Source: Candidatus Helarchaeota archaeon (GTDB lineage Archaea; Asgardarchaeota; Lokiarchaeia; Helarchaeales; RDOG01). From it: DNA of 64,000 bases. Location of the stretch: the NCBI GenBank assembly GCA_019058315.1, contig JAHPZH010000009.1, positions 32,001 through 96,000 of the forward strand, read 5' to 3'. The notes under the pieces were generated by a model. The model was not told the origin of the DNA and made no database searches. It worked only from the letters and a program-made list of their open reading frames with translations. Below, in pieces: positions 30,221 through 40,785 of the stretch (the first letter of the stretch is position 1; each line of letters opens with the position of its first letter). The position numbers and the translations under genes are program-made.

Positions 30221-30832
30221 TCAATTTTTTTCATTCTTAACCTCTTGTTCTTTTTCATTTTCTTTTTTTGGTAAAAAAGAGTAAATCAACAAGACTATCA
30301 ATATAAGTAGGATCATATAAATAAGCAAATTTCCTCCTATTTGATCCAGCCATAATTTTGGTAGACCTAGTAAAGGAATCCTACCAACTACTTTCCCTAT
30401 TACACAGAAATGAGGTATAAAAGGATCACTGTATAAGTTTGTATCTTGAAAAAAGTCGATTAAACTAAATAAATCTCCTTTAGTTTCATACCATGTCCCC
30501 TTATAATATGGAAAATTACCTTCTCGGCTAATATTAATAACCCTATGAACAATTGGGACCATAGGTATAAAAGACCGCTCTGGCTTCCAGGTTAAAGGCC
30601 AAAATACAATTATATCTGATGGCATGATTTCTCCCTCATCTACTTGTTCTATTAGTAAAAGATCGCCAGGAAAATAATTTGGAATCATACTATCGCTCGA
30701 AACTACGGTTAAGGGCATTTCAGTTTTTAAAAAAAGTATAAGAATCCCAAAAACTGAGAAAATGCAGATAAAAATGAGAAAGAGTATAACAATTATTTTT
30801 TTCCAATTATTATTTTCTTTTTTTTTATCCAT
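30221..30832 (-). CDS. Signal peptidase I, Sec11/ER type (S26)
   Basis: N-terminal TM, SDSMIP (catalytic Ser), IVHRV (His), TKGD and a C-terminal TM. Confidence 0.85.
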   Translation of the reverse strand: MDKKKENNNWKKIIVILFLIFICIFSVFGILILFLKTEMPLTVVSSDSMIPNYFPGDLLLIEQVDEGEIMPSDIIVFWPLTWKPERSFIPMVPIVHRVINISREGNFPYYKGTWYETKGDLFSLIDFFQDTNLYSDPFIPHFCVIGKVVGRIPLLGLPKLWLDQIGGNLLIYMILLILIVLLIYSFLPKKENEKEQEVKNEKN

Positions 30833-30852
30833 TTTTTATCCTACTTCATGGA

Positions 30853-31941
30853 CTAATCAGATAAATTTTCTTTTTTAATTATATCAACAATTTTTTCACT
30901 GGCATAACCATCACCATAAGGTGATGGAAAATTGAGTTGATTTTTAAAATCATAATTATCAATTGAATCTAACACAAATTTAGGATCGGTTCCAACTACT
31001 TTTGCGAAACCTGATTTCACTGCTTCTGGTCTATCAGTCGATTTTCTTATAACAAATGCAAATTTTTGGAATATTGGTGCTGTTGCTTCTTCTTGAATCC
31101 CCCCAGAATCGGTTATTATGAATTTGCAGCTTTTCATAAGGCATAATATATCCAAATAACTTACAGGCGGTAATAGCTGAATTTTATCAGATTTAGAAAT
31201 TTTATCATATAATCCAAATTCTTTCATCCTATTCAAACTTCTAGGATGAATTGGATAAATTACAGGAAGGGGAACATTAAGTAGGATTTCAACAATGTTT
31301 TTTAATGTTTCTTTATTATCCACATTTTCTGCTCGATGAGCAGTCACTAATATAAAATCTTTAAAATTTATCTCTTTAAGAATGGATGATTTTTTTATAG
31401 CTATTTCAAAATGTTTTAAGCAAGCATCTATCACTGTATTACCTGTAACATAGATTTTTCCCCAGACATTTTCACCTTCTAAAAGGGTTCTTGACAATTC
31501 TGTTGGAGCAAATAAATAATCCGACATATGATCTAGAATTCGCCTATTATATTCCTCAGCCATGCGCATATCATATGAACGAAGACCGGCTTCTAAATGT
31601 CCTACTTTAATATGAATTTTTGCCGCAGTTAGCCCTCCTGCTAGAGCTGAATTTGTATCTCCTTGAACAATTACAAATGACGGGTTTTCCTTTAATAATA
31701 CTTTTTCAATATCTATCAGCATTTTTCCTGTTTGTTCTCCATGTGACCCTGATCCCACGTTTAAATGATATTCTGGTTCTCTTAATTCCAAATCATTGAA
31801 AAATTGGTCACATAACGAAGCATCATAATGCTGGTCAGTAAATAAAACCCTGTAATCTATTTTTCTTTTTTCACATACCTTTATAACTGGAGATACTTTG
31901 ATAATTTCTGGACGTGTACCAAGTACAAAGAAAATTGTCAT
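30853..31941 (-). CDS. wecB: UDP-N-acetylglucosamine 2-epimerase (non-hydrolysing)
   Basis: Motifs GTRPEIIK, QGDT, HLEAGLRS, HRAEN, DSGGIQEEA and YGDG. Confidence 0.95.
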   Translation of the reverse strand: MTIFFVLGTRPEIIKVSPVIKVCEKRKIDYRVLFTDQHYDASLCDQFFNDLELREPEYHLNVGSGSHGEQTGKMLIDIEKVLLKENPSFVIVQGDTNSALAGGLTAAKIHIKVGHLEAGLRSYDMRMAEEYNRRILDHMSDYLFAPTELSRTLLEGENVWGKIYVTGNTVIDACLKHFEIAIKKSSILKEINFKDFILVTAHRAENVDNKETLKNIVEILLNVPLPVIYPIHPRSLNRMKEFGLYDKISKSDKIQLLPPVSYLDILCLMKSCKFIITDSGGIQEEATAPIFQKFAFVIRKSTDRPEAVKSGFAKVVGTDPKFVLDSIDNYDFKNQLNFPSPYGDGYASEKIVDIIKKENLSD

Positions 31942-31958
31942 GTTATTCCTCTATGCAT

Positions 31959-33173
31959 TTATCTTAATTTATATTTTAATTCCTTAATGTGTCTAGTTAT
32001 ATACATATCGCAAACCAAGCCAAATAATAGAATTTGGATTCCCATTATTATTAATAAGGCGGACAAAACCAAATTTCCTGTTAATAATTGTCCAAACATA
32101 ATTGAATTATAAACAACAACTGCACCCACAAGTATTCCACCTGCAACTAATACAGTACCAAGAGCACCAAATAGTGATAATGGATGATAATCACGATATG
32201 TTTTAAGTCCAATAATGGAAATTCGTAAAGCGTAATCAGCAGGATCTGAAATTAATTTTGATTTTCCATGGGGTCTTTTCAAGAATTTAACTGGTACTTC
32301 GGTAATGCGAAATCCTTCCTCAGCAGCTCTGATTATCAATTCCTGTGTATAAGTATAGTCTGAAGTTATTGGTACTTCCTCTAAAACTTCTCTTCGAATT
32401 GCTCTAAATCCCGTCTGCGAGTCAGTCAAATGTAAGCCCGCAAAACGATTAACACACCATGTAAAGACTTTATTTCCCAATTTTTTAATAGGCCCCATTT
32501 TTTCGATAGTTCCCATGAAGCGAGACCCTAAAACTAGATCCGCTTTATTGTTTTCTGCTATTTCTAATAATTTTGGGATTTCATCAGCATCATATTGCCC
32601 ATCCGCATCAATAGTAAGTACTATATCCGCTTCTAATCTTAAAGCCTCTTTGAAGCCATCTTTAATCGAAATACCTAATCCTTTATTCATATCATGATTA
32701 AAAACATAAGCCCCAGCTTCTTTAGCTCGTTTCCCTGTTTCATCTTTTGAGCCATCATTAATAACAATAATATAATCCAAATATTTTAGAGCTTTAGTTA
32801 CTACATCTGCTATGGAAGCTTCTTCATTATATGCTGGCATTACTCCAATTCTCTTCTCTACTGGTTTTAAAATTGGCATACTACTTGGTAGAATCGGGAC
32901 TTTACCTGTGTGATGAAATAATTTTATAAAGTAATGGATAAAAAGAAATATTAAACCACCCAAAAAACTCCACCATGCGAAAGCTACGAAATAAGAACCT
33001 GCCCCACCAAATATGTTTGTTGTCAGAGGCCAAATCCAAATTTCTATAAGCATTCTTGGATTCGAAATAAAAACATTCCAAATTGTTATAGCTATAAATA
33101 CAGCTATTATTCCAACTATAATTAAGAAAGATAGAGCCAATAGACTCCATCCAATTGAACGTAATCTCGGCAT
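31959..33173 (-). CDS. GT2 polyprenol-P-glycosyltransferase with N- and C-terminal TM helices
   Basis: Motifs MPAYNE, INDGSKD, IDADGQ, DSQTGFRA and PLSLFG, with two extra N-terminal TMs. Confidence 0.9.
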   Translation of the reverse strand: MPRLRSIGWSLLALSFLIIVGIIAVFIAITIWNVFISNPRMLIEIWIWPLTTNIFGGAGSYFVAFAWWSFLGGLIFLFIHYFIKLFHHTGKVPILPSSMPILKPVEKRIGVMPAYNEEASIADVVTKALKYLDYIIVINDGSKDETGKRAKEAGAYVFNHDMNKGLGISIKDGFKEALRLEADIVLTIDADGQYDADEIPKLLEIAENNKADLVLGSRFMGTIEKMGPIKKLGNKVFTWCVNRFAGLHLTDSQTGFRAIRREVLEEVPITSDYTYTQELIIRAAEEGFRITEVPVKFLKRPHGKSKLISDPADYALRISIIGLKTYRDYHPLSLFGALGTVLVAGGILVGAVVVYNSIMFGQLLTGNLVLSALLIIMGIQILLFGLVCDMYITRHIKELKYKLR

Positions 33174-33296
33174 TTATAAATCCTTTCCTTATTCCAAAAA
33201 ATTATAAGCACGTTAATTTTATTTGGTTAAATTTCAAATAAAAGTTAATAAAACTCATAATATATTTTTCTTTTCTAATGATGAAAGAGGGTAAAT

Positions 33297-34505
33297 TTGA
33301 AAAAGAAACAAAAAACTAAAAACTTAAACGTTTTAGTAGTTACACATAAAACAGAATCGTTTGTGAGAGATTTGGCGATTCATGTTTCAAAAATAGGGAA
33401 TAAAAATATTATATTGTATGGACCAAAACCGGGGAAAAAGGATTTAGAATCTATATTAAAGTCTAAAGTTACTTTTATTCATACTAAAGTTCGCAGTATT
33501 TTTACTTCAGGTGAAAAAATAGAAGATCAATTTCTAGAAAAACCAAGATTAGAAATGTTTAAACATTTTTTTTCAACATTTTTAGAGCTTTTTAGAATAA
33601 TTAGAAAATATAAAATAGATTTAATTCATGCTCATTGGGTTTTACCTTCTGGTTTTATATGTAGTTTAATTTCATATATATTAAAAAAACCTCTAGTTAT
33701 TACAGCTCATGGCAGATCAATTTATTTTAATCCAAAATTAGGAAAAACGGTACCAGAAAAAGGCTATGTTCGAATAATGTATAAATTCGTATTTAAGAGA
33801 ATGAGTAAGATTATTGCTGTAAGTAAATATGTCAAAGAAGTTATTTTGGAACTGGGAATAGAACCTTCAAAAATAAAACTTATATATAATGGAACTGACC
33901 TTAAGCAGTTCCATCCGGATATTAAAGGCGATAAAATAAAAAGAAAACTAAATTTGGAAGATAAATTCATAATTCTGACTGTAAGAAAGTTTTTTTTCAG
34001 AAAAGGAGTGCAATATTTAATTAAAGCAATATCTTTGGTAAAAAAGAAGATTTCCAATGTAAAATTAATAATAATTGGCTACGGTCCCTACGAATCAAGT
34101 TTAAAATCATTAACAAAAAAATTAGCTTTAAAGGATTATGTTTTATTTTTGGGAAAAATCCAAAACCAAAATCTACCCCCATATTATGCTGCATGTGATG
34201 TATTTGCTATTCCATCTTTAGTGGAGGGCTTTGGAGTTGCCGCTGCAGAAGCTATGGCGATGGAAATACCTCTGATATCAACAAATATTAAAGGTTTGAC
34301 CGAGGTTTCAGATTCAACAAATGCGATTGTAGTCCCTCCTGCTAATGAACCTGCTATTTCAGACGCAATTATAAAATTGTGGCAAGATCCGAGACTTCGG
34401 GAAGAATTAGGTAAAAAAGGTCGCCAAAAAATATTAAATTTATTTAATTGGACTCGTGCTGCAAAAGAATATGACAAATTATATGAAATTCTGATTAAAA
34501 AGTAG
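33297..34505 (+). CDS. GT4 glycosyltransferase
   Basis: Motifs HAHWVLPSG, TAHG, RKG and EGFGVAAAEAMA. Confidence 0.9.
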   Translation: MKKKQKTKNLNVLVVTHKTESFVRDLAIHVSKIGNKNIILYGPKPGKKDLESILKSKVTFIHTKVRSIFTSGEKIEDQFLEKPRLEMFKHFFSTFLELFRIIRKYKIDLIHAHWVLPSGFICSLISYILKKPLVITAHGRSIYFNPKLGKTVPEKGYVRIMYKFVFKRMSKIIAVSKYVKEVILELGIEPSKIKLIYNGTDLKQFHPDIKGDKIKRKLNLEDKFIILTVRKFFFRKGVQYLIKAISLVKKKISNVKLIIIGYGPYESSLKSLTKKLALKDYVLFLGKIQNQNLPPYYAACDVFAIPSLVEGFGVAAAEAMAMEIPLISTNIKGLTEVSDSTNAIVVPPANEPAISDAIIKLWQDPRLREELGKKGRQKILNLFNWTRAAKEYDKLYEILIKK

Positions 34506-35808
34506 ACTTTGAAATTCTCTTTAATTCATAGAGTTTATGAGCATTAATACAAGCTTTTCGAAGAGTATCTATCTGATATTCGATATTATTTTGCTCAAAT
34601 TTTAGAGTATAGATATGCCTCAAAGATTTGATTGCATTTTTTATATAAAATGCTTGCTTTTGGGTATTTTTAATCGAAAAAAGTGTCGAAAGAGCCGCAG
34701 TATATATTTTTATTATTGGAGATTGTTTTGAAAATATATTATTTAAAGTAAAAAATCTTTTATGATTCCTCATATATGTAAAATTTTCATAAATTTGTAA
34801 TAATAACGAACCAAAATAAACTAGAAATTTATTATTTAAAATGAAATCTTTAAGATAATATTCTATATAAGGATAAAAATAGTATAATTCTAAAAATTTT
34901 GGAATTTTTTTAATAAATTTGAATGGATCTCCGGCATTTTTCCTCGTAATATACTCAAAATAGTACATAAGAACTTCTATAAGATCATCAGAAGTTGAAT
35001 GCCATAATTTAATAGGATCTAAACCAGATTCATTATATTCTGGTCTTAACTTTAACTTGGTGAATTTTTTTATTTTTTCATCTAAATTTGGAAATCTTTC
35101 TGATAAAAATGGTAATTTTTTATAACATTTTTGAAAATTTATTGCTCTTTCCTTATAAGTTGCCTCATAACATCTCATTAATATAGTTAAAGCAGTAGCA
35201 ATTTCTAAATATACTTTTCCACATTCATAGATACAGGATTCATTAAGGAATGAGTCTTTAAGGAATAATGAAGGATTTTTTGGATAATATTCAAGCAATC
35301 CAATAATTTTGTTTAAAAGAACTCTCAAACCACTTGAATAAGTAATATCTTCTTTTCGGATTTGAATTAGTTGACGAACATCTGATCCATATATAAGTCT
35401 ACTACCTTCTTTTAATTCAAAATTACTAATATCTGGTGGTAACCTTGTTAAGCTCTTCTTTTTAACTATTTTAATATTGATATGAAAATGACCTGGTGAA
35501 GCCTTATAATACCAATCACTGGGAATTTTCAAGACATTATGAATATTGGATATTAATTTTATGTAGTCATTTTCAGAAATCTTATGATTTGAGACAACTA
35601 TTAAATCGTAATCTTTTAATGGAATTAATTCGCGATTATTAATAATTTTTATTGAACCCTCTCCACGCCCAAATCCCCCAACAAGGATTATAGAACCGAC
35701 ATTTTTAATTTTTTTAAGAATTTCCTGACAAATTATTCTCATATGTGAGGAAATAAAAGATTCAATCCAATCTTCGCTATAATCAGTAAATGTGTTCAAA
35801 TTTTTCAC
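34495..35808 (-). CDS. Pol-beta-superfamily nucleotidyltransferase-like protein
   Basis: LVGGFGRGEGS...KDYDLIVV signature followed by a helical C-terminal domain. Confidence 0.65.
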   Translation of the reverse strand: MKNLNTFTDYSEDWIESFISSHMRIICQEILKKIKNVGSIILVGGFGRGEGSIKIINNRELIPLKDYDLIVVSNHKISENDYIKLISNIHNVLKIPSDWYYKASPGHFHINIKIVKKKSLTRLPPDISNFELKEGSRLIYGSDVRQLIQIRKEDITYSSGLRVLLNKIIGLLEYYPKNPSLFLKDSFLNESCIYECGKVYLEIATALTILMRCYEATYKERAINFQKCYKKLPFLSERFPNLDEKIKKFTKLKLRPEYNESGLDPIKLWHSTSDDLIEVLMYYFEYITRKNAGDPFKFIKKIPKFLELYYFYPYIEYYLKDFILNNKFLVYFGSLLLQIYENFTYMRNHKRFFTLNNIFSKQSPIIKIYTAALSTLFSIKNTQKQAFYIKNAIKSLRHIYTLKFEQNNIEYQIDTLRKACINAHKLYELKRISKSTF

Positions 35809-37049
35809 GAATTTTCAATTTTTAATATAGATTTTCCTAAAATACCTCTTTTAGGAGGCAAATTTAAAATCTCTAGAATTGTTGGGAGAATATCAATAAA
35901 TTCCATTTTCTTTTTGATTTTTTGAGGAGAAATATTTAATCCATTTAAAATAAACAGGGCATTTAAATTCGAATGAGTAGGAAAATAACCATGCATACCT
36001 TTGACTATTTCTGTTCCTTGATAAAAATTTGGTAAAATAAGAGTTCCTGGGTTAACAGCAAATATTAAGTCACCATAAATATTAGTATTAGGAATATGAA
36101 GCTGTTTTTTTTCTTTAAGAGTAAGAAAATGTCCCTCTGGAAATTTATCTAATTGATTTTTTATTTGTTTGTGTATTGAGATATTTTTAGTATAAAAACG
36201 TGCTAAAGTGGAATCTAAAAAAATTTGATAATCTTTACCTATTTTTAAATTCAATGGTTTTAAACAAGCAAAAATATTCAATATTTTTTTAATTTTAACC
36301 ATTCCGTGGTCCGAAAGAATTAAAAATGACGTGTCATCACTTCTATTTTCAAAAGTTTCAAAAATTTCTTTAATATTGTAATCAGTTTTTTTAAGTGTTT
36401 CATTAAATTTTGATGAATTGGGACCATTCTTATGACTTATGGTGTCTAAGTCAAAAAATCTAAAGAGATAAAAATCAAAACTATTCTTTTTTGAAATATT
36501 TGTCCGAAACATTTTCATTGTATCTTTATCATTATGTACAAATGGAAAATTAATAAATAAGGATTTTTTTTGGTTATTACGTAAGATATCAAAGAGTGTT
36601 TGAATTCTTCCTATTGAATTTTTTTCTACAATGCTCTTAACCATTGGAATATTAAAATTTTTTAGTAGATTCCATGGAATCAGAGTAGTTCTTGGAAATT
36701 GTCTGAAATTTTTAAGAGTCTGTGTTGTATAACAAATGGGAGCAGTTAATATTTTCTTGAAATACAAGTTAGGAATACGTTTTACAAAAAAATTTAAAAG
36801 AAGAAGAAATGGATTATAAGTCCATCGAAATGGTGAATGAGAAGGATCGTAATAATAATCTAACCAAATTTTATGTTGATCAGGGTATAAACCAGAAAAT
36901 ATTGTAGGTTCTATCCCTCGAAATGCTAATAAGGGCTCTATTTTTGCAAAAATGCCATCTTCAGCAAGACGATACAAGAATGGAGAATACTTTTTCGAAA
37001 TATATGCGTAACCTAATGCATCTATCATCAACATAATTAATTTTTTCAT
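35805..37049 (-). CDS. Alkaline-phosphatase-superfamily (nucleotide pyrophosphatase/phosphodiesterase-like) protein
   Basis: Metal-ligand motifs IDALG, DTISHKNGP, SDHGM and GMHGY, plus DILPT. Confidence 0.85.
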   Translation of the reverse strand: MKKLIMLMIDALGYAYISKKYSPFLYRLAEDGIFAKIEPLLAFRGIEPTIFSGLYPDQHKIWLDYYYDPSHSPFRWTYNPFLLLLNFFVKRIPNLYFKKILTAPICYTTQTLKNFRQFPRTTLIPWNLLKNFNIPMVKSIVEKNSIGRIQTLFDILRNNQKKSLFINFPFVHNDKDTMKMFRTNISKKNSFDFYLFRFFDLDTISHKNGPNSSKFNETLKKTDYNIKEIFETFENRSDDTSFLILSDHGMVKIKKILNIFACLKPLNLKIGKDYQIFLDSTLARFYTKNISIHKQIKNQLDKFPEGHFLTLKEKKQLHIPNTNIYGDLIFAVNPGTLILPNFYQGTEIVKGMHGYFPTHSNLNALFILNGLNISPQKIKKKMEFIDILPTILEILNLPPKRGILGKSILKIENS

Positions 37050-37068
37050 AATTTAAACCAAGGATATT

Positions 37069-37875
37069 TTATGCATTACTAATTTTTGCTCTAATATATC
37101 CCACCATATATGGAAATAACATGGAAACATCAAATAAATTAAATCTTGGATTACGCGCTAAAACTTTTGGAACTCTTTTCATTTTTGCTTTATTAAATCC
37201 AGAATCATAAGAACGCTTTACAAACCACCTTAATTTTAATTTTTTATCAGATATTTTATGATAAACAATAGCTTTGGGAGAATATAATATTTTAAATTTT
37301 TTTGCTGCCCTTTCACAATATTGAGTCTCTTCTCCACCATACATTAATTTCGGATATTTGCCAATAGAGGTATCGAATACCCCTATTTCATTAAAAACTT
37401 CTCTTTTTAAAGAAAAATTGCATCCTATAATCCTATCTACATAAAAAGGAAAGCTTCCTAAATTTAGTAAAGATAACCATTCCCTGGCTAATAAAGACTT
37501 CTTTATCAACTGAGAAACATTTTTTGGCCAGATGGGTTTAATCATACCACCAACAATACCTACATCTTTTAAATTATAGGATTTAGAAATATAATACAAC
37601 CATTTCTTATGTGCAATTGCATCATCATCAATAAATGCTATTATATCACCTTTTGATTTTTGAATTCCCAAATTCCGAGAGTAACTTAATCCCGGTCTCT
37701 TTTCAATAAACACTTTTAAACCAAATATGTCCTCAATTTCTTTAATTTTTTTTGTTTCTTTTGATGTAGCTATTACTAAGATTTCATCGGGTTTCAAAAT
37801 CTGATTATTTATAGATTTTAAACAGTTTTTTAAATTTGAACTTTCAAATTTTGTTGGAATAACTACAGAAAGCAT
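37069..37875 (-). CDS. GT2 glycosyltransferase
   Basis: Motifs VVIPT, GLSYSRNLG, FIDDD, GCNFS and GEET. Confidence 0.9.
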   Translation of the reverse strand: MLSVVIPTKFESSNLKNCLKSINNQILKPDEILVIATSKETKKIKEIEDIFGLKVFIEKRPGLSYSRNLGIQKSKGDIIAFIDDDAIAHKKWLYYISKSYNLKDVGIVGGMIKPIWPKNVSQLIKKSLLAREWLSLLNLGSFPFYVDRIIGCNFSLKREVFNEIGVFDTSIGKYPKLMYGGEETQYCERAAKKFKILYSPKAIVYHKISDKKLKLRWFVKRSYDSGFNKAKMKRVPKVLARNPRFNLFDVSMLFPYMVGYIRAKISNA

Positions 37876-38068
37876 TTTTTTATCTCGATAATCCTCATTA
37901 TGTCATATTTTGAATTTTAAACAAAATTAACTTAATTTGCTATTTATTATCCTACATAAAAATATTGAGATTCTATAATAAATTCAATTATGATTAATAG
38001 TAATTATTTTATTAAAATCAATTTATTTGAAGTAAACAATAATAATTTTAGTCCAATCGGTTGTAACT

Positions 38069-39616
38069 TTGAAAATCAAAGAAAATATAGAGAAAAATGG
38101 AAATAGATCCATTTCTCAAAAACTTGCTAAAGAAAGCATACACTCGGTCAGCTGGTTATTAGTTTTCCGGATATCAGCCATTATTTCCTCTATAATAATA
38201 GCAAATTTACTTCTTGAACAATATTATGGAATCTATTCAGTATTAAGCTCATGGGGACTGGTTTTAAATTATGTTTGTAGTATGGGAATTCCAGTTGCCG
38301 CAGCTAAGATAATTTCAGAAAATAGAATTAAAAATCCTGAAAAAAATTATACACTTTTTGCGAATATGATTTTAATTAATCTAATTAATTTTATTTTTGT
38401 TTTTGTTTTTTCTATTCTAACATTTAATTTCTTTATTTCTAATGTTTACAACGTAAAAATTTATGATATTCCGTTATTTGAAACCTTATTATTGTTAACA
38501 GTTTTAAAAGCATCGATTTATTCCTTCTTTTCTTTGGAACAAGGTATAGCTACTGGATATCGTGAATTTAAAGCTATTGCACTTATTTTTATAATTTGTT
38601 ATTTCGCTAAAATTCCAATTCTCTATGTGATGGTTAATAATTACAATATAAATGGAGTGTTTCTGACTGAAATAATTACGGAGTTAATAGTATTTTTTTG
38701 CTTTTACGTATTTCTATCAAATTATTTTAAAAGAAATAATATTAAAATCATGTTTAAAATTAAAAAAGAGCAAATAAAGAAAATATATCGCTTAGGAATT
38801 CCTTCATTTCTATCAAATTTAATATTTATTTCTGTAAATTGGTTTGGATTAACGATTTTGGCGATAAATCTTTCTTTTGTTGATGTTGGGTATTTTCAGA
38901 CTTCTCTAAATATTGCAAATTTGATTTTTCTCATCCCTTACGGAATAATAGCTCCATTTTTACCTGAAATTACAGAAAAATATCAACAAAATAAAGAAGA
39001 TTTCCATAAAACAATCTCAAAAGTATTAAAATTAATTATTTTGATTATATTTCCGTTAATAATTTTTGTAGGCCTTTTTTCACCATTTCTAATTAAAATT
39101 TTTTATCCAAAATATTACAGCTTGTTGACTTTTTATTCAACTTACATTTTACTCCCATATGTATTCATTAGTGGATTTACGATGGTTTTTTTTTATTCAT
39201 TTATTTCCATGGAAAAAAGTCGAGTTTTAATCGCTTTAGAAGGGTGTAAAGCAATAAGTTTTTTTATTTTTACCATAATTTTAGTACCTGTATACGGGAT
39301 TTTAGGTTTAGCTTATGTATATTTTCTATCTTTTTTGATTTATTCGATTATTTATCATTTAGTAATTATCCACTATAAATTCAAGTTTTCAGTGTTACCT
39401 CTTATCATGGTGAGTATATTATACGGAGGTTTTCTTTTATATTCCTCTATTTTATCTGAAATTAATATATACTCTCTTATTTGGATAATTAGTGCTGTAA
39501 CACTTTGTATAATTGTCTCAACAACTTCATTTATCCAATTATGGAAAGATCAAGATTGCAAAAATTTTATCTTAAGTTTAATCAGTATTTTTAAAAGGAG
39601 CTCAAATCCTGACTAA
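38069..39616 (+). CDS. Oligosaccharide flippase (Wzx/MOP superfamily)
   Basis: About 14 TM segments with YGIYS, VGYF, PFLPEITE and LVPVYGILGLA motifs. Confidence 0.85.
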   Translation: MKIKENIEKNGNRSISQKLAKESIHSVSWLLVFRISAIISSIIIANLLLEQYYGIYSVLSSWGLVLNYVCSMGIPVAAAKIISENRIKNPEKNYTLFANMILINLINFIFVFVFSILTFNFFISNVYNVKIYDIPLFETLLLLTVLKASIYSFFSLEQGIATGYREFKAIALIFIICYFAKIPILYVMVNNYNINGVFLTEIITELIVFFCFYVFLSNYFKRNNIKIMFKIKKEQIKKIYRLGIPSFLSNLIFISVNWFGLTILAINLSFVDVGYFQTSLNIANLIFLIPYGIIAPFLPEITEKYQQNKEDFHKTISKVLKLIILIIFPLIIFVGLFSPFLIKIFYPKYYSLLTFYSTYILLPYVFISGFTMVFFYSFISMEKSRVLIALEGCKAISFFIFTIILVPVYGILGLAYVYFLSFLIYSIIYHLVIIHYKFKFSVLPLIMVSILYGGFLLYSSILSEINIYSLIWIISAVTLCIIVSTTSFIQLWKDQDCKNFILSLISIFKRSSNPD

Positions 39617-39618
39617 AA

Positions 39619-40785
39619 ATGTCAAAATTAAAAATCCTCTTGTTAACAATTTATAATTATCCCCATCCTGGAGGGATTTCCTCCCATATTAGTAATCTAA
39701 GAGATGGTTTAACAGAATTAAAGACAAAAGTAGAAATTTTTTCAACAAGTTCCTTATCAAAACTTTTTAATTCTTTTATTCGAATCATTTATTTTCTCAG
39801 AAAATTAAATCTGGCAATATTTTATTTCTTTTATTTAAATATTTTGAAGATTTACTTTCAGATTCGCTTATTTGTGAATTATTTGAAGAATAAATGGAAT
39901 GTAATAAATGCACAAGACCCTATTGCTTTAAATTGTACTAAATTAATTAGAATTTTCTTTAAACCAACACTAATTTTAACTGTTCATGGTTTCCTTGCTG
40001 CGGAAACATTAGTAGATTTGGATACTAAAAATAGTTTTATTAGTAATTTACTTATAAAAGAAGAAAAAAAATCATATTTTGATGCTGATAGAATAATTAC
40101 AATAGAAAATAGTAGAAAAGAGCATATTCTTAAATATATTAATAATCCTAAAAAAATTTTAATCCGAAATAACTTCGTAAATACTTCAATTTTCAGAAAA
40201 TTTCGAAATAATTATTTTAAGAGTAAATTTTCTTTACCAAAAGAAGCATATATTATTCTTTTTCCCAAAAGAATAGTGAAAGCTTCAGGAGTGAAATATT
40301 TTATTGAGGCAGCTAAAGAATTACTCAAAATAGAAAAGCATTATTATTTTATTATCTTAGGAAAAGGATATCTATTAAAAAAAATTAAAAAATTGACTAA
40401 GAATCAAAAAAATATCTTATATCATGACCCCATTCCCAATTCATTCATGCCATATCTCATAAATTCATCGAAAATTACAGTTATTCCATCTATTTCTCTT
40501 GGTTCTACAAAAGAAGGAAGCAGTATGGCAATAATTGAATCAATGGCTTGTGGTATTCCAGTTATTGCAACTAGAGTTGGAGGAAATCCTGCACTAATTA
40601 AGTCAGGAAAAACAGGTTTATTGATCCCTGAAAAGAATAGTAATGCAATAAGTGAAACAATAATTCGATTATATGAAGATAAAGAACTATGGAATAAAAT
40701 CTCTATTAATTCCCGTGAATTTATAATTAAAAATTACTCTCATATTAAAGCTGCAAAATTTTTTCTAAAAAATTATTTTCTATGA
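39619..40785 (+). CDS. GT4 glycosyltransferase
   Basis: Motifs YPHPGG, TVHG and EGSSMAIIESMACGIPV. Confidence 0.9.
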   Translation: MSKLKILLLTIYNYPHPGGISSHISNLRDGLTELKTKVEIFSTSSLSKLFNSFIRIIYFLRKLNLAIFYFFYLNILKIYFQIRLFVNYLKNKWNVINAQDPIALNCTKLIRIFFKPTLILTVHGFLAAETLVDLDTKNSFISNLLIKEEKKSYFDADRIITIENSRKEHILKYINNPKKILIRNNFVNTSIFRKFRNNYFKSKFSLPKEAYIILFPKRIVKASGVKYFIEAAKELLKIEKHYYFIILGKGYLLKKIKKLTKNQKNILYHDPIPNSFMPYLINSSKITVIPSISLGSTKEGSSMAIIESMACGIPVIATRVGGNPALIKSGKTGLLIPEKNSNAISETIIRLYEDKELWNKISINSREFIIKNYSHIKAAKFFLKNYFL

